Assembly (NCBI GenBank): GCA_028286725.1
Contig: JAQBQZ010000013.1
Location: 15,216 to 79,215 of the forward strand
Direction: 5' to 3'
DNA length: 64,000 nt
DNA from: Candidatus Tayloriibacteriota bacterium
Lineage (GTDB): Bacteria > Patescibacteriota > Minisyncoccia > Phycocordibacterales > CAIRYW01
Positions 58,079 to 64,000 of the stretch are shown piece after piece. Below the pieces are notes generated by a model, which saw only the letters and a list, made by a program, of their open reading frames with translations, had not been told where the DNA came from and did not search any database. The stretch's first letter is position 1; each line of letters opens with the position of its first letter. The translations under genes were made by a program, and so were the position numbers.

Positions 58079-58327
58079 TCTAAAGGTTCAAAACAAAAAG
58101 TAAACAGCGCGACGCCTATGGCGTCGCGCTGTTTACTTTTATGACTAGCTATAATAAGATAATAAGCACTAAATATGAATTATATATTTAACAATATTTG
58201 CCGACGGCCAATCACACGAGAAATCTCGAGGTTTGGTTTTTGTTGTTAATTATTTTGACTATAAAAACGGGACCCTCGAGTGAGGGTCCTTTTTTGTTGC
58301 AGGTGCAACATTGTTCTTTAACCCAAA

Positions 58328-58702
58328 ATGACACAGACCATGAGCAAAATTGTATTCGATAGAGTAGGGCTTCTTGTGTGCGGATGCTACAGGATGAGTC
58401 GGCAGATCGTTGGACAGCATAACCAAAGAGGGTGGGCGAAATATCCAGAAGGATTCTTTGGACGCTGGGTGCCTGATAGTTCAAACGCAAGAAGGTCCAT
58501 GAATCGCCCAAAGCCTGTGGTGTTTGTGGAAGGCGTTGGTTGGAAATTTTCGATCGAACTTTCGTCAGAAAAATGTTGTTTGGTAGGATGTGTTTTTGCC
58601 AGCGATAAAGGAGACGATCTGATCTCCGGAAATCTTTTGCCGGGAACCATTGGATATCTCGCAACAACATCGAGCAAACGAGTGCGCGTGAAGTTCTTGT
58701 AG
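58328..58702 (+). CDS. hypothetical protein
   Basis: 124-aa ORF bounded by hairpins. Confidence 0.45.
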   Translation: MTQTMSKIVFDRVGLLVCGCYRMSRQIVGQHNQRGWAKYPEGFFGRWVPDSSNARRSMNRPKPVVFVEGVGWKFSIELSSEKCCLVGCVFASDKGDDLISGNLLPGTIGYLATTSSKRVRVKFL

Positions 58703-58753
58703 AGTGGGGGATAATAAAAAACGTCGCGTACATTTATGTGCGCGACGATTTTT

Positions 58754-59335
58754 TTATTTCTTAATTTCTTTTATTAAACTATTGATTTCAGCTTCTATAT
58801 ATTTCTCTTGTTTTTCCCTTGAATCTTCTCGTTTATCTACCAGATTTAATGCCCACTCTTCGTCTTCGGATAATTGGAAAAGTTGCAACCCCTTTGCTTT
58901 TGCGACAATAATTTTTCTCAGATCATCTTCAGATTTGGTTACAAGCAGAGGATCCTCGGTCACCATTTTTTTAACATTATCATTAAGTATGTCGAGATCT
59001 CCTCTAATTCGATCATTGATTTCATTTCCAATTGAAAATATTTTCTCAATGTCTGCTAATTCACTGTCAATAATTGATACGAGGGGGTCATTTTCTGTTG
59101 TATAAGAAGTGCCTTGAATTGCCTCAATTTCTTCATCTCGCTGCATATCTAATGCATCTTTTATCGCATCAAGTTGTGATCTTGAATGTATTTTCTTATC
59201 TCTAATTGCTCTCGCAATGAATCCCTTTTCCAGGGTTTCGGCGTCTGCGTATGTTCTAAGTGCATTTTTGAGAGCTGGCATTGGTTCTGTTTTAGGCCTC
59301 TCTGCCTGAACTTCATCTAATCTGTGTGTATCCAT
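58754..59335 (-). CDS. hypothetical acidic helical protein
   Basis: 193-aa ORF directly downstream of recA. Confidence 0.65.
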   Translation of the reverse strand: MDTHRLDEVQAERPKTEPMPALKNALRTYADAETLEKGFIARAIRDKKIHSRSQLDAIKDALDMQRDEEIEAIQGTSYTTENDPLVSIIDSELADIEKIFSIGNEINDRIRGDLDILNDNVKKMVTEDPLLVTKSEDDLRKIIVAKAKGLQLFQLSEDEEWALNLVDKREDSREKQEKYIEAEINSLIKEIKK

Positions 59336-59344
59336 AATTATATT

Positions 59345-60436
59345 TTATTCCTCAGGCTTTTCTTCTACTAATTCATTTGGGGCAGGGACCGCATCAAATC
59401 CTTCTTCGTTCATAAACTTCTTGATCTTGCCTAGGATCTCGTCAGATATCTTTTTGTTCTCCTTCAAGAATTGTCTTGTCGCATCATAACCTCGTCCTAG
59501 AGCGATTTCCTCGCCGTTTTTAGGGGTATATTTGTATGAGTTGCCCATCTTTGAGAGAATGCCCATCTTCTCTCCTAGAGCCATTATTTCACCTTCCTTT
59601 GAGATACCTTCGTTGTACATAAGATCGAATTCTGTTTGTTTGAATGGTGCTCCCACTTTGTTCTTAACTACTTTTACTCGCACACGACCACCCATCACTT
59701 CTTCGCCTTTTTTGATCTGGGCAATTCGTCGGATATCGAGTCTGATAGACGTGTAGAATTTGAGAGCTTTTCCTCCTGGAGTAGTTTCAGGGTTACCGAA
59801 CATCACACCGATCTGCATTCGGATCTGGTTAATGAAAATGATAATTGTTTTTGATTTTGCGACAATCGCTGTAAGTTTTCGAAGTGCTTGAGCCATAAGT
59901 CGCGCCTGCTTGCCCACATGGTGCGCACCCATATCTCCTTCAATTTCATCTTTTGGCGTGAGGGCTGCAACTGAGTCTATGACAACGATATCTATCTTTC
60001 CTGTTCGAACGAGTGATTCAACAATCTCAAGCGCCTGTTCTCCTGTGTCAGGCTGAGAGATGAGAAGTTCGCTTATGTTTACTCCAATTCGTTTTGCATA
60101 TTCTGGATCGAGTGCGTGCTCCGCATCAATGAATGCGCAAACTCCGCCGAGTTTCTGCGCCTCAGCAATTGCGTGGAGCGCTAGAGTAGTCTTACCAGAT
60201 GATTCTGGTCCAAAGATCTCGAGTATTCTTCCACGAGGGAATCCTCCGATACCGAGCGCTGCATCAAGTCCCAAAGACCCGGTAGGGATGACATTGATGT
60301 CTACCTTTGGAGCTTCACCAAGTTTCATAATTGATTCTTCACCAAATTTTGTTTTGATCATTCGGATCGTTTCTTCGATTGCTGTCTTTGATCCTAATAC
60401 TACTCTTTCTTTCGCCACTTTTTCTTTTTTCTTCAT
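59345..60436 (-). CDS. recA: recombinase RecA
   Basis: [35 protein letters not shown]. Confidence 0.99.
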   Translation of the reverse strand: MKKKEKVAKERVVLGSKTAIEETIRMIKTKFGEESIMKLGEAPKVDINVIPTGSLGLDAALGIGGFPRGRILEIFGPESSGKTTLALHAIAEAQKLGGVCAFIDAEHALDPEYAKRIGVNISELLISQPDTGEQALEIVESLVRTGKIDIVVIDSVAALTPKDEIEGDMGAHHVGKQARLMAQALRKLTAIVAKSKTIIIFINQIRMQIGVMFGNPETTPGGKALKFYTSIRLDIRRIAQIKKGEEVMGGRVRVKVVKNKVGAPFKQTEFDLMYNEGISKEGEIMALGEKMGILSKMGNSYKYTPKNGEEIALGRGYDATRQFLKENKKISDEILGKIKKFMNEEGFDAVPAPNELVEEKPEE

Positions 60437-60458
60437 TGTAATTTGTTTTTATTAATAA

Positions 60459-60818
60459 TTATTTGACTGTTGTGCTTGCGGTATTTGAATACCAGATCTT
60501 CAGTGTCTTATCTACCTCTTTGTTAAATCTATCACGAACTGCTATCTCAATTATATTATAGCCGGGGAGGAGGAGCAATTTATCCTCAAAGTGCCCCTCA
60601 GTATCTGCAAATATTTGTCTGTCATTCAGTGTGATATAGGACACTCGTTTTACTTTTCCACTTACGGTGACGGACGGATCGGTGACTGTTGACAAGTCTT
60701 TTGGATTATCGATCACAAGCGAAGGTCCCAAAAAGAGCTTTAATGTCTCAAATCCTGCGTAGAGTACGAAGAGAAGAAAGAATATTATAATTGCGATTGT
60801 TCGGAGATTTCGTTTCAT
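60459..60818 (-). CDS. membrane-anchored Ig-like domain protein
   Basis: TM followed by V.VSG......+.+N......G.F...+.L..G.N.I. Confidence 0.75.
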   Translation of the reverse strand: MKRNLRTIAIIIFFLLFVLYAGFETLKLFLGPSLVIDNPKDLSTVTDPSVTVSGKVKRVSYITLNDRQIFADTEGHFEDKLLLLPGYNIIEIAVRDRFNKEVDKTLKIWYSNTASTTVK

Positions 60819-60871
60819 TCGGTTTTTTTATTTGTATTTACTCATTACTTACAGGTCGTCATTCATTACTT

Positions 60872-63112
60872 CTATAACATTTCTTCCACTTCGGCTCTGC
60901 CTTCGCTGTTGATCACTTCTCTCGGCTTTGATCCGTCTGCGGGCCCTATGACACCTTTTTCTTCGAGGATATCTATAAGTCTTGCTGCTCGAGCATATCC
61001 AACACGAAGCTTTCGTTGGATATATGAAGTCGAAGCTTTACCTGCCTGGATTACTATCTCTTTGGCTTCTTCATAAAGCTCATCATCGTCTGCACCTGAT
61101 TTATCATCATCAAATCCAGAATCAAAGATCGGATTCTTTTCATCCGGAGCTTTATCTCCACCAACAAGTCCGAGGTCCCCCTGAGGGATCTCATCTTTGT
61201 AGCTATCAACAAGATACTTCACCACATTCTTCACTTCAGTTTCAGAAATATATGGAGACTGGATTCGAACAGGTTCTGGAGCATCCTGAGAAGAGAAGAG
61301 CATATCTCCTTGTCCGACGAGTTTTTCTGCACCTGCCTTGTCGATGATTGTTCTTGAATCAATCTGTGACTGCACCTTGAGAGCGATTCTTGTTGGAATG
61401 TTTGCCTTGATGAGTCCTGTGATGACGTTTACTGACGGTCTTTGAGTAGAGAGGATGAGGTGGATACCAACAGCTCGTGACATCTGAGCGAGTCTGACGA
61501 TAGATGCCTCAAGCTCGCGAGGGAATGCTTGCATAAGATCGGCAAGCTCATCAATAACGATCACTATATATGGCATTGTTTCTGGAAGATCAGTCGCATC
61601 TTTGTTTTTCTTCAAAGCAGGTTCCAAAATGTTTTTGTGGTAAGAACTAATATCTCGAACAGAATGGCCTTCGAGGGTATCGTATCTTCTATCCATCTCT
61701 TTTGCTGCCCATTTGAGCGCGAGGATAGTTTTCTTCGCATCTGTGATTACAGGAGTAAGGAGGTGTGGGATCTTGTTATAGAGAGTGAGCTCAACTCGTT
61801 TTGCATCCACCATGATGAACTTCAAAAGATCGGGACCGTTTCGGTAGAGGAGCGATGTGAGGAGTGCGTGCACTGTCACTGACTTACCGGATCCTGTAGT
61901 ACCTGCGATAAGGAGGTGTGGCATTTTTGCGAGGTCGTAAAATACCGCATCACCTGACACATTTTTGCCAATCGATGTAAGGAGTGGTTTTGGAGAATTT
62001 TTGTATGCTGATTCGTTCAAAAGTGAGCCGAGTCCAACCACGGTTTTTGAAGAGTTTGGCACTTCAATACCAACGAGTGATTTACCAGGGATTGGAGCTT
62101 CCACTCGAATCGTCGGGGCAGCGAGTGCGAGTGCGAGGTTGTCTTGGAGACTTACAATTTTTGAAAGTCGGACTCCTTCTGCAGGCTTCATTGCATAACG
62201 CGATACTGTCGGACCGATAGTGATCTCATCCATCTCAACATCGATGCCGAAGTTTTGAAGAGTTCGTTTAATGAGGTTTGCATTTGCTTTCACATCACCC
62301 ACTCCCGGCTTACCTTTATCAACTTCAAGAAGTGAAAGCGGGGGAGCAACATAGGTCTTTGAAAAAGTATGTGCACGAAGTCCGCCGAGGTCGAATTCTG
62401 GAATCTCTTCTTTCTTTTCTTTTCGAGCAAAAATTCCTCCGATATTTGTTTTTGATTCCTCTGTTTCTGCGGGCGCTTTTTCTTTCTGCTTCTTCTCTTC
62501 GACTGCAACAGATTTTTCGATAGCATCATCAACGTCGCTTGTATCATTCTCATCCTGTTCGCTTTCAATTTTCTTTTTCCAGAAAAAGAGTGTAGATGTT
62601 TTTAAGTGTGTTTCAAAGATAATGAGAATTGAAATGACGATGAGTGCAAAAAGAAGGATGACTGATGAGTAGACATCAAAAAGTTGGATCAAAGGTTTAA
62701 CCATCATTTCACCAACTGCGCCTCCAGAAGTTTTGTTTGCGATCTCTATGATACCGAGTGAGGAGAAAAAAAAGACGAGTCCAAAAATAATTTTTGTGAC
62801 CGAAAATCTTTGCTCCAAAGTTTTCAAGAATGACACCCCGAGCATCGCAAAAAGAAGAGGGATAAGGAAGTAGCCGATGCCAAAAAGTTTGGAGAAAAAT
62901 TCATATACGTTCACTCCGACAAGTCCCGCTTTGCCGACAGATGCAAGAATGAAGAGGAGTGCAACAAGGAAGAAAACGATTGATAGGATGCTCTGCATTG
63001 TTTCATCTTTTACTACTTTCTTTGCTGGCATATCTGGAAGCTTTTTTGTGCGAGGTTTGTCCCCATTTTTATCTCTCGGGCGCCGTTCTATCTCAGTATT
63101 ATTTTTAGGCAT
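60872..63112 (-). CDS. ftsK: DNA translocase FtsK
   Basis: 4TM N-terminus, PHLLIAGTTGSGKS, IDELAD, TQRP, gamma domain QRKLRVGYARAARL. Confidence 0.97.
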   Translation of the reverse strand: MPKNNTEIERRPRDKNGDKPRTKKLPDMPAKKVVKDETMQSILSIVFFLVALLFILASVGKAGLVGVNVYEFFSKLFGIGYFLIPLLFAMLGVSFLKTLEQRFSVTKIIFGLVFFFSSLGIIEIANKTSGGAVGEMMVKPLIQLFDVYSSVILLFALIVISILIIFETHLKTSTLFFWKKKIESEQDENDTSDVDDAIEKSVAVEEKKQKEKAPAETEESKTNIGGIFARKEKKEEIPEFDLGGLRAHTFSKTYVAPPLSLLEVDKGKPGVGDVKANANLIKRTLQNFGIDVEMDEITIGPTVSRYAMKPAEGVRLSKIVSLQDNLALALAAPTIRVEAPIPGKSLVGIEVPNSSKTVVGLGSLLNESAYKNSPKPLLTSIGKNVSGDAVFYDLAKMPHLLIAGTTGSGKSVTVHALLTSLLYRNGPDLLKFIMVDAKRVELTLYNKIPHLLTPVITDAKKTILALKWAAKEMDRRYDTLEGHSVRDISSYHKNILEPALKKNKDATDLPETMPYIVIVIDELADLMQAFPRELEASIVRLAQMSRAVGIHLILSTQRPSVNVITGLIKANIPTRIALKVQSQIDSRTIIDKAGAEKLVGQGDMLFSSQDAPEPVRIQSPYISETEVKNVVKYLVDSYKDEIPQGDLGLVGGDKAPDEKNPIFDSGFDDDKSGADDDELYEEAKEIVIQAGKASTSYIQRKLRVGYARAARLIDILEEKGVIGPADGSKPREVINSEGRAEVEEML

Positions 63113-63430
63113 TTTTGATTTAAATTTATTTAGTTTTGTATCACAAATTATATCACAAAAACTAACTCAAAAATTACAGCAGTAGCTGATACCTGAGAAG
63201 GTGAAAATCAAAACTCAAAAATGTAAGTCAAAAGCTCGAATTTATTTGGGTGCATCGGTGTCTATGGGGCGGATTTAGATTAAAAGGTCTGAGGCTGTGT
63301 TGGGGCCTGACACTTTTGATTTTTGAGCTTTGCTTTTTGACTCAGATCCCCTTGCTATTTTCTCCTGTCTTATATATCATTGTCCTCAACAAAGAACTCG
63401 TAAAGGACTATTAAAAACTATAAAAGACAT

Positions 63431-64000
63431 ATGGAAAATAACGATAATAAAAAAGAACTCGAAGTAATGAACTTTCTCTCAAAGGGAGATAAGTTTGTCT
63501 TTTATGTATTCAAAAAGGCGTCCAAAATTTCGTATGCAATCTATGTCATAACTGATCTCATCAAGGACACAGAACCTCTCAAATGGACACTCCGAAAATC
63601 AGCAACAGAGATGTCTGCACTCCGGAATTTCTTCGATGAAAAAAGTGTCTTTAATAACCTCGAAAAGACACTCCTTGAGCTCGAAGCTTTTCTTGATCTT
63701 GCGTCGTTCGCCAAGGTGGTGTCCGAGATGAATTCGACACTCCTTCAAGACGAGATTCGGAGACTTATTTCTGACATGAGAGCGCGAGCGAAAGAGGGGT
63801 TTTATTCTCCTCAATTGGTCCCGGGTTTCTTTGATATTCCAAAGCCTGAGGCATTCAGTATTGCCCCAGTTTCACCACATACAAAACCCGAAGATTATTC
63901 TAAAGGACATAAAGGACAAGTTAAGAATTATGACTTTTATAAAAAACCAGAAAGGGCTGAAGATGTAAAAAAAGAATTCAAAACAACTCTCCCAAATATC
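63431..64000 (+). CDS. conserved hypothetical protein, runs off window end (not in ORF track)
   Basis: Open frame MENNDNKKELEV...KKASKISYAIYVITDLIKDTEPLKWTLR; helical-bundle-like. Confidence 0.7.
   Translation, partial: MENNDNKKELEVMNFLSKGDKFVFYVFKKASKISYAIYVITDLIKDTEPLKWTLRKSATEMSALRNFFDEKSVFNNLEKTLLELEAFLDLASFAKVVSEMNSTLLQDEIRRLISDMRARAKEGFYSPQLVPGFFDIPKPEAFSIAPVSPHTKPEDYSKGHKGQVKNYDFYKKPERAEDVKKEFKTTLPNI

Noticed and set aside
55638-58325. boxA-like gttcttt(g/a)a motifs upstream of orphan genes
   Set aside because: Short AT-rich motif that cannot be separated from chance without a genome-wide count.
1-64000. Alternative genetic code (UGA=Gly), prophage or IS element
   Set aside because: Conserved genes are intact under code 11 and some ORFs end in TGA; no phage structural, integrase or transposase motifs were recognised.

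Overview
AT-rich bacterial chromosomal segment using the standard code. Gene content and style (compact genes, frequent -10 boxes directly before ATG, eukaryote-type GlyRS, IleRS2 with an inserted domain, lone PEP-utilising domain protein, WxxPxxxPP fibre-like paralogues) suggest Patescibacteria/Parcubacteria (CPR); this is inference. The housekeeping backbone includes rplS, folD, secE-nusG-rplK, a folA/MazG/dut/dCMP deaminase/thyA <> glyA/tmk thymidylate cluster, argS, trhO, ileS, recO, glyQS, metG, tatD, rpsF-ssb-rpsR, efp, recA, ftsK and tRNA-Val(TAC), tRNA-Leu(GAG), tRNA-His(GTG). I saw no integrase, transposase, reverse transcriptase, Cas gene or CRISPR array. Top observation: all three tRNAs and rplK are followed by 90-300 bp structured non-coding units built as [gene 3' end X]...[inverted copy X']-conserved co-varying scaffold-[direct copy X]. 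Two scaffold classes recur at different loci while X is swapped to match the local gene. At tRNA-His the units form an array that brackets a tRNA-dependent cyclodipeptide synthase gene, resembling an integron-like or guide-like cassette system. Second: two aromatic-amino-acid leader-peptide attenuators (FFGFYFW and YYW) precede a divergent prephenate dehydratase and an ATP-grasp/M20 peptidase/LysE cluster. All structure calls were made by eye, with no folding or database searches.
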